Positions 8,581-17,282 of a DNA stretch of 37,191 nucleotides are shown piece by piece. The notes beneath the pieces are model-generated. The model made no database searches and was not told the DNA's origin. It saw only the letters and a list, made by a program, of their open reading frames with translations. The stretch comes from a virus. Taxonomy: Duplodnaviria; Caudoviricetes. The DNA lies in the IMG/VR virus record IMGVR_UViG_3300014775_000501, positions 1 to 37,191 of that record; one strand, given 5' to 3'. A program made the translations under genes and the position numbers. Within the stretch, counting starts at the first letter, position 1; each line of letters begins with the position of its first letter.

Positions 8581-8686
8581 TGATTTTCAATAAGTTATAA
8601 AAAAAATGTAAAAAAAGTTGTTAAATAATTTGTGGGTTAAATAAAAAGCACTACCTTTACAATATCGAATAACAAAAACGAATAAT
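8581..8686 (+). promoter_or_regulatory. Early promoter cassette 1 (Bacteroidota -33/-7 type)
   Basis: TGATTTTCAATAAGTTA at 8581; TTTG at 8629; 19-nt spacer; TACCTTTA at 8652; leader AACAAAAACGAATAA. Confidence 0.7.
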
Positions 8687-8989
8687 ATGAACAAGCAATT
8701 ACACAACGAAGTAGAATCTTATTTAAGAGAAAACTTTGAACACTTAGCAGAAAGAGCTGCAAACGATGGAGATAACTCTATTTACATCGAATTACCAAAT
8801 TATACAATAGATATCGAATTGATTAACAATGTTGAAGAGGTTTGTTATCCTGGAGATTGTTTAACTCCACCTAGTTATGATTTAGAAGGTACTTTAGAAG
8901 TAAGTGAAATCAGAGTTTACACAGAGGACGACGATATGGAGTTTGTTATCTCTAAAGAATTAAATAAAGTATTAACTATAAACTTTTAA
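8687..8989 (+). CDS. Acidic early hypothetical protein
   Basis: 100-aa D/E-rich ORF, first gene after promoter cassette 1. Confidence 0.7.
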   Translation: MNKQLHNEVESYLRENFEHLAERAANDGDNSIYIELPNYTIDIELINNVEEVCYPGDCLTPPSYDLEGTLEVSEIRVYTEDDDMEFVISKELNKVLTINF

Positions 8990-8991
8990 TC

Positions 8992-9183
8992 ATGAACGCA
9001 GCAACAGAATTAAAATACGTTAGAGAAGGAGCTAAGGATTTACAAAAGAGGCTAGATTGGTACATGGATCTAGCTTCTAAACAAGAACAAAAAATAGTAG
9101 CTATTCACGATTTACTAACCGATAAATCAAATGCTTTTATTTTAGATATAGAAACGCAAATTTTAAATATTATAAACGAATGA
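8992..9183 (+). CDS. Hypothetical protein
   Basis: 63-aa ORF in the early operon. Confidence 0.6.
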   Translation: MNAATELKYVREGAKDLQKRLDWYMDLASKQEQKIVAIHDLLTDKSNAFILDIETQILNIINE

Positions 9184-9359
9184 CAAAAGAACAAATCATT
9201 GAAAAGTGGGAGAAGGAGATCGCCCAAGCAGAAAGTAAGTTAGAAGTATCTTCATTAAAGTATCAAATGAATTTAGAATTAGAAGCTTATGAAAGAGGAG
9301 AAGAATACAACCCGCGAAACGATTCAGGAAGTTATGAGTGCGAAGGTTGCGGATCTTAA
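9180..9359 (+). CDS. 59-aa protein ending in ECEGCGS (not in ORF track)
   Basis: ATGA overlap with the previous stop; MTKEQIIEKW...SGSYECEGCGS*. Confidence 0.7.
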   Translation: MTKEQIIEKWEKEIAQAESKLEVSSLKYQMNLELEAYERGEEYNPRNDSGSYECEGCGS

Positions 9360-9410
9360 AGTAGTAGGTATACTAATAGTATTATTTTTAATTAACAAAA
9401 TCAAATAACT

Positions 9411-9932
9411 ATGAAAGAATTATTTAAAGCATTAGCTAATTTTCAGCAAAGCGTACCAGTTATCCATAAAGGAACTGAGGGTTACGGGTATAGCTATAGT
9501 TCGTTGTCTGAGATATTTAAGGTTATCAACCCATTATTAAAAGAAAACGGTTTAGGGTTTACTCAATTACTTGAAGGAAACTCAATTAAAACTATTATCT
9601 TCCACGCGGAAAGTGGAGAAAGTATAGAAAGCTCTATGGATATTCCTACGGACGTACAATTAAAAGGTATGAACTACTTTCAAGTAATGGGTAGTGCTAT
9701 TACTTACTACAGACGTTACGCTTTATCGAGTGCTTTAGGATTAGTAACTGACAAGGATACGGATGCAGCAGGAGAGCAAGTAAAACAAGATAAGCCTTGG
9801 TTAAATCCAAATACAGAAGCATGGAGGAAAGTAGTTAAAGCCATGAAAGAAGGTTTTACTCTTGAGCAAGTAAAAAAGAAATACGCTATTAGTAAAGACA
9901 ATCAAAAGAAGTTAGAAGATGAAGCAGTTTAA
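9411..9932 (+). CDS. erf: ERF-family single-strand annealing protein
   Basis: KALANFQ, YSYSSL..I, GSAITYYRRYALSSALGL..DKDTD motifs. Confidence 0.9.
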   Translation: MKELFKALANFQQSVPVIHKGTEGYGYSYSSLSEIFKVINPLLKENGLGFTQLLEGNSIKTIIFHAESGESIESSMDIPTDVQLKGMNYFQVMGSAITYYRRYALSSALGLVTDKDTDAAGEQVKQDKPWLNPNTEAWRKVVKAMKEGFTLEQVKKKYAISKDNQKKLEDEAV

Positions 9933-10527
9933 AATAAGAGCAAGTGCAGTAGGTCAGATTATGACTAATTCACGTAAAAAAGGGGAGTTGTCAAAAACGA
10001 CACTCTCCTATGTGGACGAATGGATTAAAACACAAATTTACGGAGTTAATAAAGAAATAGCTTCTAAGTATACCGAGAAAGGGCATAGGTGCGAAGATGC
10101 TGCTATTGATTTTGTAGAAAGTGCTTTAGGTTATGATTTCTTAGTAAAAAACGAGGAGTATTTTGAGGATGATTATTTTAAAGGTACTCCTGACTTAATA
10201 CTAAAAGATGAGATTATAGACATTAAGAACTCGTGGGATTGTTTTACTTTTCCATTGTTAGCGAAAGAGCTACCAAATAAAGACTACTATTATCAGCTCC
10301 AGGTTTATATGCACTTAACTGGTAGAAAGAAAGCAAAAGTAATTTATGTGCTAATGGATACACCTGAGGATCTACTAGGATATTATAACAACGTCGTAAG
10401 CTATCAAAATATTGATTCTAAGTACAGATTAAAAGTTTTTGATATAGAGTATTCAGAAGAAGTAATTAAAGCCGTTAAAACGCGCGTAAATGAGATTCAA
10501 GAATATATTAACAAGTTAAAACTATGA
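9919..10527 (+). CDS. YqaJ/lambda-exonuclease-like PD-(D/E)XK exonuclease
   Basis: IRASAVG, KG..CE..A, GTPD, IDIK and YYYQLQVYM motifs; adjacent to ERF. Confidence 0.85.
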   Translation: MKQFKIRASAVGQIMTNSRKKGELSKTTLSYVDEWIKTQIYGVNKEIASKYTEKGHRCEDAAIDFVESALGYDFLVKNEEYFEDDYFKGTPDLILKDEIIDIKNSWDCFTFPLLAKELPNKDYYYQLQVYMHLTGRKKAKVIYVLMDTPEDLLGYYNNVVSYQNIDSKYRLKVFDIEYSEEVIKAVKTRVNEIQEYINKLKL

Positions 10528-10781
10528 ATAAAGAAACACAGAAACAAGTAATGAAGTCTATAGCTCTTTGGGATTTATTCGACGAATCGTTATCTTTGAT
10601 AGACGAAAGAGATTTAAGACACCGTATGAAGTTTTTATTTAAAGGACTATCTAAGAAATCTCACTTATTAAGGAAAGAGTTAGAACGTAACGGAGTAATT
10701 AACCATGAAGAGGATGATTACGAAAGAGTAAAGGAACAAATCGCTGAGACGGTTTTTAAAGAATTTGAAACAATTAAATAA
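10524..10781 (+). CDS. Hypothetical protein
   Basis: 85-aa ORF overlapping the end of the previous gene. Confidence 0.6.
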   Translation: MNKETQKQVMKSIALWDLFDESLSLIDERDLRHRMKFLFKGLSKKSHLLRKELERNGVINHEEDDYERVKEQIAETVFKEFETIK

Positions 10782-10786
10782 TAAAT

Positions 10787-11047
10787 ATGGAAAACAAGAA
10801 GATTTACGTAGGTAACGGAAAAGAAAACGAACAGTACGGATTTGTAAACTTTTCGGTGTGTTTATCAGACTTACCACAAGAACACGTTAACGAGTACAAC
10901 GGTAAAAAGTACATTAATCTAACTATTTCTAAAAAGAAAGAAGTAGATGCGTACGGTAAAACTCACGCGGTTACAGTTAACACCTGGAAACCTGAGGAAC
11001 AAAGCAATACAACAACTGCTCAAGTTGATAACGATTTACCCTTTTAA
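10787..11047 (+). CDS. Single-stranded DNA-binding protein-like
   Basis: Small beta-rich protein with acidic DNDLPF C-terminal tip; in the recombination operon. Confidence 0.65.
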   Translation: MENKKIYVGNGKENEQYGFVNFSVCLSDLPQEHVNEYNGKKYINLTISKKKEVDAYGKTHAVTVNTWKPEEQSNTTTAQVDNDLPF

Positions 11048-11100
11048 CGATAAAATAAATTTACTAGTTAACAAACTAGAATGTGTGATAACTAAAGTAG

Positions 11101-11130
11101 AGAGAGTGTAAAAGCTCTCTTTATTTTTTT
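11101..11130 (+). terminator. Intrinsic terminator
   Basis: AGAGAGT-GTAAAA-GCTCTCT hairpin followed by TTATTTTTTT. Confidence 0.75.
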
Positions 11131-11134
11131 GTAT

Positions 11135-11253
11135 TCATTTTCAAGCACTTACAAAATAAATTAAAAATAATTGTATTTTTATTTGTTATAATTAAATAAC
11201 TTTAGTTATATTTGTATAACAACATTAAACAAAACGAATAAAACAAACGAATT
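11135..11253 (+). promoter_or_regulatory. Early promoter cassette 2
   Basis: TCATTTTCAAGCACTTA at 11135; TTTG at 11182; 21-nt spacer; TATATTTG at 11207; leader AAACAAAACGAATAA at 11227. Confidence 0.8.
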
Positions 11254-11691
11254 ATGAATTGTATTATATGTAATAGCGAACTAACTAACACCGATTCAAT
11301 AAATCGTGGTATGGGTGTTGAATGTTATAAAGTTCTTCAAAATGCGAGAATGAAAGAAGTTTTTAAGGATGAACAAAATCGATTGACATATAATTGGCTT
11401 ATTGAAGTTGATATTATGAAAAACGCTTTTATTAACAGATTCAAGGAAACTAAATTTAGAAGTAGTTTTAAAAAGTCTTTTTTTAGTTCTATTTCTAATT
11501 CTGATAGGATTTCTAAAAAACAAATGGCTATAATTAGAGATATGCTTTTTGATGTTGAATTTGATTTAGATAGCTTATACAAAGAGATTCAAGATTCAAA
11601 AAAGGAATTTTTGAGAAAAAAAACTCAAGGCATAGATTTAAGTGTTGCTATGGCAATATCTAGAAGGAAAATAAGAAAGAATAAAAATTAA
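11254..11691 (+). CDS. Protein with N-terminal DUF6011-like zinc finger
   Basis: CIICNSELTNTDSINRGMGVEC matches the CxxC..LT...S..RG.G..C pattern. Confidence 0.7.
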   Translation: MNCIICNSELTNTDSINRGMGVECYKVLQNARMKEVFKDEQNRLTYNWLIEVDIMKNAFINRFKETKFRSSFKKSFFSSISNSDRISKKQMAIIRDMLFDVEFDLDSLYKEIQDSKKEFLRKKTQGIDLSVAMAISRRKIRKNKN

Positions 11692-11698
11692 TTAAATT

Positions 11699-11854
11699 AT
11701 GAGCTACAAAGAAAAGATTAAAAACAAAGGCTTAAAAATAGTTTGGTTAGCAGACAAAATAGGTGTATCTCAACCGTTATTGTCAATGTATTTGAACGGA
11801 GATAGAACAATGCCGAAAGAAATAGAAAGTAAATTAAAAAAACTATTAAAATGA
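11699..11854 (+). CDS. Cro/XRE-family HTH protein (51 aa, not in ORF track)
   Basis: KGLKIVWLADKIGVSQPLLSMYLNGDR; ATGA overlap with the initiator gene. Confidence 0.8.
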   Translation: MSYKEKIKNKGLKIVWLADKIGVSQPLLSMYLNGDRTMPKEIESKLKKLLK

Positions 11855-12636
11855 AAAAAGAATCGTATTATTTTTCGCACGATTCAAGTGCAAGAAACGA
11901 CGAAAAAATACTAGAGCTTAGAATGGATTTAGGTTGGGAAGGATATGGTATTTATTGGGCGTTAATTGAAATGCTGAGAGAAGCTAATGCGTATCAAATG
12001 CGAACGCAATACAAACGCATAGCATTTGGATTACAAGTGCCTGAGGATACAGTTAAAAGTATTATTGAAGATTATGGTTTATTTAAAATAAAAGATGATG
12101 TTTTATATTCCGAATCATTAAATCACCGTATGGAGCTTAAAGAAGCTAAATCTAAACAAGCGAGAGAAGCAGCTTTAAAAAGTTGGGAATCAAGAAGAAA
12201 TAAAAAAGATGAAAGCGAATCTAATGCGGACGCATTGCAAAAGGAAAGCGATAGCAATGCAATAAAAGAAAAAGAAATAAAAGAAAAAGAAATATTAATA
12301 GATAATATCTCCTCTAAAGAGTTTAGAGAACGTACTATTAAATTCTTAAATAAAACATTAGGATCTAGTTTTAGAGATAGTACACAACAAACTAAAAAAG
12401 ACTTAAAAAAGATTTGGGAAGAAAAGTATACACTCCAGGAGGTTGGTAAAATGATTGTTTATAAACACCAAGAATGGAAAGACAATAAAGACATGAGTAA
12501 GTATTTAGTACCTTCTACTTTATTTAGATTTAGTAACTTTGAAAAGTACGTAGAAGCATCTAGGAACTTTAAACCTAAAAAAGAGGAAAGTTTTTATAGA
12601 TCAGCTAGTAACCCACAAAGTGGACAATTTTGTTAA
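11851..12636 (+). CDS. Replication initiator (DUF4373/Lin1244-like N-terminus)
   Basis: YFSHD..ARND.KI..L...GWEGYGIYW.LIE.L N-terminus; K/E linker carrying iterons; C-terminal YLVPSTLF...FEKY. Confidence 0.8.
   Translation: MKKESYYFSHDSSARNDEKILELRMDLGWEGYGIYWALIEMLREANAYQMRTQYKRIAFGLQVPEDTVKSIIEDYGLFKIKDDVLYSESLNHRMELKEAKSKQAREAALKSWESRRNKKDESESNADALQKESDSNAIKEKEIKEKEILIDNISSKEFRERTIKFLNKTLGSSFRDSTQQTKKDLKKIWEEKYTLQEVGKMIVYKHQEWKDNKDMSKYLVPSTLFRFSNFEKYVEASRNFKPKKEESFYRSASNPQSGQFC
11986..12026 (+). repeat. 11-bp iteron-like repeats within the initiator gene (cluster A)
   Basis: AATGCGTATCA/AATGCGAACGC/AATACAAACGC/ATAGC. Confidence 0.6.
12212..12290 (+). repeat. Putative replication origin: 11-bp iterons plus A-rich tract (cluster B)
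   Basis: AAAGCGAATCT/AATGCGGACGC/ATTGCAAAAGG/AAAGCGATAGC/AATGC, then (AATAAAAGAAAAAGA)x2; lambda-like position inside the initiator gene. Confidence 0.65.
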
Positions 12637-12694
12637 CGCTAAATGTAAAAAGCGTTTTAATGATTTTTAAATAATGTTATAAAACTTTTAATTA

Positions 12695-12844
12695 ATGGAA
12701 ACAAGAAAGAAACAAACAGAACATTTTAAAGGACTTATCTATGATTTAGAAGATAAAAATGATAGAATAGCGTTGTTATGGTCTTTAGTAAATGCTAAGA
12801 AAATAAATAGAAGACAGTTTAAGGAATTAATTGATTGTTTATAA
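12695..12844 (+). CDS. Small hypothetical protein (49 aa, not in ORF track)
   Basis: METRKKQTEHF...FKELIDCL*, ends 2 nt before the helicase ATG. Confidence 0.55.
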   Translation: METRKKQTEHFKGLIYDLEDKNDRIALLWSLVNAKKINRRQFKELIDCL

Positions 12845-12846
12845 TT

Positions 12847-13908
12847 ATGAAATATTGGTATAAACTAGAAGAGTCAATACAAGGACTTAACCGACTTAGA
12901 GAAAAAGGTATAACAAAAGGTTTTGAGGTAGGTTTTGATTTTGAAAAGATAGGAATATCTATAAAAAAAGGTTGTACTACTTACATAGCTGCTGCTCCAG
13001 CTTCGGGTAAAAGTGAGTTTTGGTTTGAGATACTTATGAATTTATCTTGTCTTTACGGTTGGAAGCATTTAGTATTTTCTCCTGAAACTGGTAACGTAGA
13101 AGAGATTTATGCAGAGCTTTGTTTTAAATACATCGGTAAACCTTACTTTTCAACTGTAGAAGGTCATATGAGTGAAGCCGAAAAAGTTAGGGCTGAGTTA
13201 TTTGTTAGTCAACATTTTATAGTTATAGACCCTAAAGACAATACTTTAACGGTTAATCAATTCTATGAAATGGCGGATAAGATAGAACAAGAGTTAGGTT
13301 GGACTTTTCAAACTACTACTATAGATCCTTTTAATGAGCTTGAATGGGATGGTCAAGGACTTAGTAGAGATCTAGTAATAGAAAAGCAGTTAGGAGATTG
13401 TAGAAGAAACGCACGTAAAACGGGTAGACATAATTGTTTAATTACTCATGTTAGGGATCAAGTACTATTAGAGAAAGAAGGAGAATGGTACAACCCGATG
13501 CCGACGGCTAGAGATTATTCAGGAGGACAAGCATGGTTTAGAAAGGGTGAACAAATGATAATACTTTGGCGACCTCCGTATAACGTAACAAGAGAAAAAG
13601 GAGAAGGAGTATACGAAGGTAACGAAGTGATTATAAAAGTAGCTAAAGAGAAACCTAAAGGAGCATCTATAAAAGGAGAATATACGTTTTTCTACGACAA
13701 GAAAAGAAACGCTTACTATCGTAAAGAGAATCACGAAATGATTTACGCGAAAAGAGATTTACAACTAGAGCAAAAAAAGATTAAATTAGAAGAACCTAAA
13801 GTAGACGAAACTAACTACTACTCTGGTAAAGGTATGACTCAACACAGAACAATAGAGGAACATTTAAAAGAGAATAACGATTTTTACAATAAAGATATAG
13901 GAATATGA
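12847..13908 (+). CDS. SF4 (DnaB/T7 gp4/Twinkle-like) replicative helicase
   Basis: Walker A AAPASGKS, FSPE, Walker B TIDPFN, LITH, RDYSGG; ATG 12847 preferred over TTG 12835. Confidence 0.85.
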   Translation: MKYWYKLEESIQGLNRLREKGITKGFEVGFDFEKIGISIKKGCTTYIAAAPASGKSEFWFEILMNLSCLYGWKHLVFSPETGNVEEIYAELCFKYIGKPYFSTVEGHMSEAEKVRAELFVSQHFIVIDPKDNTLTVNQFYEMADKIEQELGWTFQTTTIDPFNELEWDGQGLSRDLVIEKQLGDCRRNARKTGRHNCLITHVRDQVLLEKEGEWYNPMPTARDYSGGQAWFRKGEQMIILWRPPYNVTREKGEGVYEGNEVIIKVAKEKPKGASIKGEYTFFYDKKRNAYYRKENHEMIYAKRDLQLEQKKIKLEEPKVDETNYYSGKGMTQHRTIEEHLKENNDFYNKDIGI

Positions 13909-14555
13909 AAGTATTAAATTTATACGCTTGTCTAGGAGGTAATAGATACAAGTGGAACGAAGTTAAAGAAGATATAGAAGTAACTGCGGTAGAGTTAGAC
14001 CCTGAGTTAGCTAAATTATATCAAGAAAGATTTCCAAATGATAAGCTTATAGTTGCAGATGCACACCAATATTTACTAGATCATTACCAAGAGTTTGATT
14101 TTATTTGGACTTCTCCTCCTTGTCCGACTCATTCAAGAGCGAGATATTGGGGGATAGGTGCTAATGGTAAAGACCCAGTTTACCCAGATATGAAACTTTA
14201 TCAAGAGATTTTGTTTTTACAAACTCATTTTAAAGGTAAATATGTTGTAGAAAATGTTATACCGTATTATGAGCCATTAATTAAAGCTCAAAAAAGAGAT
14301 AGGCATTTATACTGGTCTAACTTTACCTTGCCTACTATTGTTAGTCATAGAGATAAAGCTAAAATCTCTTCAGGTAAAAACGAAGTAAATAACTTATGCG
14401 AGTTTCACGATTACGACTTTAGAAAATACAAAGGAGAGCAGCGTCTAAATAAAATAGCTAGAAACTTAGTTGATTACGAAGCAGGAAAAACTATATTTGC
14501 TACTGCTTTAGGTGTAATATCTCAATCTAAACAAGAACAAGGAACTTTATTCTAA
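13905..14555 (+). CDS. C5-cytosine DNA methyltransferase (compact type)
   Basis: Motif I VLNLYACLGG, catalytic SPPC, ENV, QKRDR. Confidence 0.9.
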   Translation: MKVLNLYACLGGNRYKWNEVKEDIEVTAVELDPELAKLYQERFPNDKLIVADAHQYLLDHYQEFDFIWTSPPCPTHSRARYWGIGANGKDPVYPDMKLYQEILFLQTHFKGKYVVENVIPYYEPLIKAQKRDRHLYWSNFTLPTIVSHRDKAKISSGKNEVNNLCEFHDYDFRKYKGEQRLNKIARNLVDYEAGKTIFATALGVISQSKQEQGTLF

Positions 14556-14624
14556 TGAAACAATACAACATCTTCGGAGGAATAGACATACTAGATAACG
14601 AAAACCAAATAACAATTAGAAACT

Positions 14625-14900
14625 ATGAAACACATGAAACCAGTAATTGCCGAGAGTGTACTTTCAGAATTAATAGCACTATACGAGAAGCAAGGAACAG
14701 ACAAAGCAAAGGAATGGATAAAAAAACTAAAGTTTGTGAGATTACATTTAGCTCAATTATCTATCGAGAATAACGATCTAAGAGAGGAAAATGATAGAGT
14801 TTATTTAGAGCTATCTCCATTAGAAGCGGCTTATACTACAATGAAAAGAAAGTACGAGAAAGCAGAACAAGATTTAAAAACATTAAAAGAGAATTTATAA
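14625..14900 (+). CDS. Coiled-coil hypothetical protein
   Basis: 91-aa helical/coiled-coil ORF. Confidence 0.6.
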   Translation: MKHMKPVIAESVLSELIALYEKQGTDKAKEWIKKLKFVRLHLAQLSIENNDLREENDRVYLELSPLEAAYTTMKRKYEKAEQDLKTLKENL

Positions 14901-14953
14901 ATAGTAAAATATTTATTAAAAATAAATTAGTATATTTCGTAAAACTTTAATAA

Positions 14954-16039
14954 ATGGCTTGGAAATCAGAGTATCAGAAAAAGAAACCTCATAGACCTAG
15001 AATGACTGATGAGGAGTTTAAAGAATATCAAGCTTGGAAATCAGAAGAAAAAGAAAGATTAAAAGGATTAAAAGCAGAAGCTAAAGCTCAAGGAATACCT
15101 TTAGATAAAGTAAAGCAATATTGGTATAAGTCTAAGCACTATTCGATCAATGTTAAAGGAGAAGGCTCTAAATCACTTGAAGAGATTAAACAAGAAATCT
15201 TAGACGAGATTAAAGACTTTGCGCCTAAGTATCCAAAGGTTAAGAGAAAGAAAACTGAGGATGGACATTTGTTAGTAGTTGACATCGCAGATCTTCACAT
15301 TAATAAGTACGCTGAAGCTGAATTAACTGGAGATGATTATAATACTCAAATAGCAGTTAAAAGAGCTTTACTAGGTACAGAAGGTATACTACAAAAAGCA
15401 TCGGGTTTTAACATAGATAAAATAGTTTTCGTTATAGGTAACGATGTACTTAACACCGATACGATAAGTAGAACAACAACGAAAGGTACTCCACAAGACA
15501 CCGATACACATTGGTTTAAGGCTTTTACTATAGCTAGAGAGGTTTACGTTAGATGTATAGAAATGTGCTTACAAGTAGCGGATGTTGACGTAATACATTG
15601 TCCTTCTAATCATGATTTTATGTCGAGCTGTTTTTTAGCTGACTCTTTAAAGTCTTGGTTTAGGTTAAATAAACAAGTTAAGTTTGATTCATCACCAGCT
15701 TATAGAAAATATTATCAGTATCATAACAATATGTTAGAGTTTGAGCATGGGGATAAAGGTAAGATGGCACAACTACCTTTAGTTATGGCTCAAGAAAAAC
15801 CTCAAATGTGGGCAGAAACTAAATTTAGATACGGGTACTTACACCACGTACACCACTCTGATAAGAACCAATTCAAGTCTAGTAAAGATTATATCGGTGT
15901 TAATGTAACTTATTTACGTTCTCCTTCTAGTGCTGATTTATACCATTACGACAATCAATATCTAAACATTGTTGCGGTAGAAGGATTCGTACATAGTAAA
16001 GAAATGGGAAGGGTTGCACATTTAACACACTACTTCTAA
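14954..16039 (+). CDS. Calcineurin-like metallophosphoesterase
   Basis: DIADLH, GND, SNHD, HGD and HHVHH metal-binding motifs. Confidence 0.85.
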   Translation: MAWKSEYQKKKPHRPRMTDEEFKEYQAWKSEEKERLKGLKAEAKAQGIPLDKVKQYWYKSKHYSINVKGEGSKSLEEIKQEILDEIKDFAPKYPKVKRKKTEDGHLLVVDIADLHINKYAEAELTGDDYNTQIAVKRALLGTEGILQKASGFNIDKIVFVIGNDVLNTDTISRTTTKGTPQDTDTHWFKAFTIAREVYVRCIEMCLQVADVDVIHCPSNHDFMSSCFLADSLKSWFRLNKQVKFDSSPAYRKYYQYHNNMLEFEHGDKGKMAQLPLVMAQEKPQMWAETKFRYGYLHHVHHSDKNQFKSSKDYIGVNVTYLRSPSSADLYHYDNQYLNIVAVEGFVHSKEMGRVAHLTHYF

Positions 16040-16230
16040 TGATCTACTTAACAGAAATAAAAGCTATTGATCCTAAGGACGGCAAACTAAAAACCTGGGA
16101 AGGTGCAAGAGTAAACGCTTCGTCCTGGGATAAAGCGCAAGAAACTTTAGATAATAACGGTTTAGGTATGTGCAAAGTGATAGGAACACTACAAGAAGAA
16201 TTTGATGACAAAGACACTACCACAACTTAA
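16039..16230 (+). CDS. Hypothetical protein
   Basis: 63-aa ORF, TAATG-coupled. Confidence 0.6.
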   Translation: MIYLTEIKAIDPKDGKLKTWEGARVNASSWDKAQETLDNNGLGMCKVIGTLQEEFDDKDTTTT

Positions 16231-16603
16231 AAAAGAGCTTTGGAAATGGTTTTCTATATTTATTCGTACTAGAAATACGGACGATAACGGTATGGATTCT
16301 TGTGTAACGTGCGGAGCTTGGAAGCATTGGAGAGAAGTAGATGCTGGGCATTACATAACTAGAGGAGATTTAGCTACGTGTTTCGATGAGCGTAACGTTC
16401 AATTCCAATGTAAAAGATGCAACATGAGGGGAGGAGAACAATATCTAATGGCTAAGTACTTAGATAAGGTATATGGAGAAGGCACAGCTGAAGAATTACA
16501 ATCTATAAGAAAGAATAAAGTCAAGTTTGATAGAGCTTGGTATCAAGATAAAATAGCCTACTATAAAGAAATAGTAAAAAACCACGAAAATTATTCTCAT
16601 TGA
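16202..16603 (+). CDS. ninG: NinG/Rap-family recombination endonuclease
   Basis: FSIFIR.R, CVTCG, DAGHYI.R, FDERNVQFQC.RCN motifs. Confidence 0.88.
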   Translation: MMTKTLPQLKKELWKWFSIFIRTRNTDDNGMDSCVTCGAWKHWREVDAGHYITRGDLATCFDERNVQFQCKRCNMRGGEQYLMAKYLDKVYGEGTAEELQSIRKNKVKFDRAWYQDKIAYYKEIVKNHENYSH

Positions 16604-16718
16604 TTTTCAAACAGTTAACTAAATCTAGTTAAAAAAGTGTTAAAAAAGTTTTGCAGGTCTTAAAGTTCGTCGTATATTTGAACTATACAAATAAACAAAA
16701 CGAATAATTTTAAAGACT
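16601..16718 (+). promoter_or_regulatory. Early promoter cassette 3
   Basis: TGATTTTCAAACAGTTA at 16601; TTTG at 16650; 19-nt spacer; TATATTTG at 16673; leader AAACAAAACGAATAA at 16693. Confidence 0.8.
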
Positions 16719-16985
16719 ATGAAAGAGTTAAAACTAAAAACTGTAAGAGCTGTAAAGAAAACAATCATTAGACAGCAATTAAGCGAAGGGATCTTAAATT
16801 TCGCGTTTATCAAAAAAGACGGGTCAACTAGAGTAGCTAACGGAACAACTAACTTAGATTTAATTCCTCAAGAGTTTCACCCAAAAGGTAACGGTAAAGC
16901 ATCGGATAAAGTAATAGCTTACTTTGACACCGATAAAAATGCGTGGAGATGTTTATCTAGTAACACTGAATTTGTAACCAATTAA
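16719..16985 (+). CDS. SH3 beta-barrel (DUF2693/WYL-like) protein
   Basis: F.F.KKDGS.R.A.GT and YFD.DK.AWR pattern. Confidence 0.75.
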   Translation: MKELKLKTVRAVKKTIIRQQLSEGILNFAFIKKDGSTRVANGTTNLDLIPQEFHPKGNGKASDKVIAYFDTDKNAWRCLSSNTEFVTN

Positions 16986-16995
16986 TTTTTGAACT

Positions 16996-17208
16996 ATGGT
17001 ACTGATAAAAACAGAAAACAAGACGCTTTTAGTTAATACTAATAGAATAGCATCTATTTTAATTTGGGAAGGAAGTAACCATATGACTGATAGAGTGCAT
17101 TATAAATTAGCTTTAAACTACGGGGGTACTGAGGAATCTTGTGACCTTCTAAGTTTTAAAACGGAATCCGAAAGAAATGAAGCTCTAAACAAATTAGTAA
17201 TCAATTAA
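16996..17208 (+). CDS. Hypothetical protein
   Basis: 70-aa ORF. Confidence 0.6.
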   Translation: MVLIKTENKTLLVNTNRIASILIWEGSNHMTDRVHYKLALNYGGTEESCDLLSFKTESERNEALNKLVIN

Positions 17209-17234
17209 TTATTAACCATTATTCTTCTATTATT

Positions 17235-17259
17235 AAGCTCCTCTTCGGAGGGGCTTTTT
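17235..17259 (+). terminator. Intrinsic terminator with cUUCGg loop
   Basis: AAGCTCCTC-TTCG-GAGGGGCTT followed by Ts. Confidence 0.85.
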
Positions 17260-17282
17260 ATTAAAAATCAAAAACATGAATT

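Noticed and set aside
11048-11100. Short inverted repeats (CTAGTT/AACTAG, TAGTTA/TAACTA) suggesting a structured RNA
   Set aside because: The stems are only 6 bp in AT-rich DNA; not supportable without covariation data
11699-11854. Cro-like gene taken as evidence of a lysogeny switch
   Set aside because: No divergent repressor, integrase or att-like site was recognised; all genes are co-oriented
12635-12658. AACGCT/AGCGTT hairpin after the initiator gene
   Set aside because: Weak stem, long loop and short T run; not called a terminator
14555-14773. 72-aa ORF beginning MKQYNIFGG
   Set aside because: Two thirds overlaps the better 14625 ORF in another frame. It is TAATG-coupled, so the 5' part may be real or a remnant; not called as a gene
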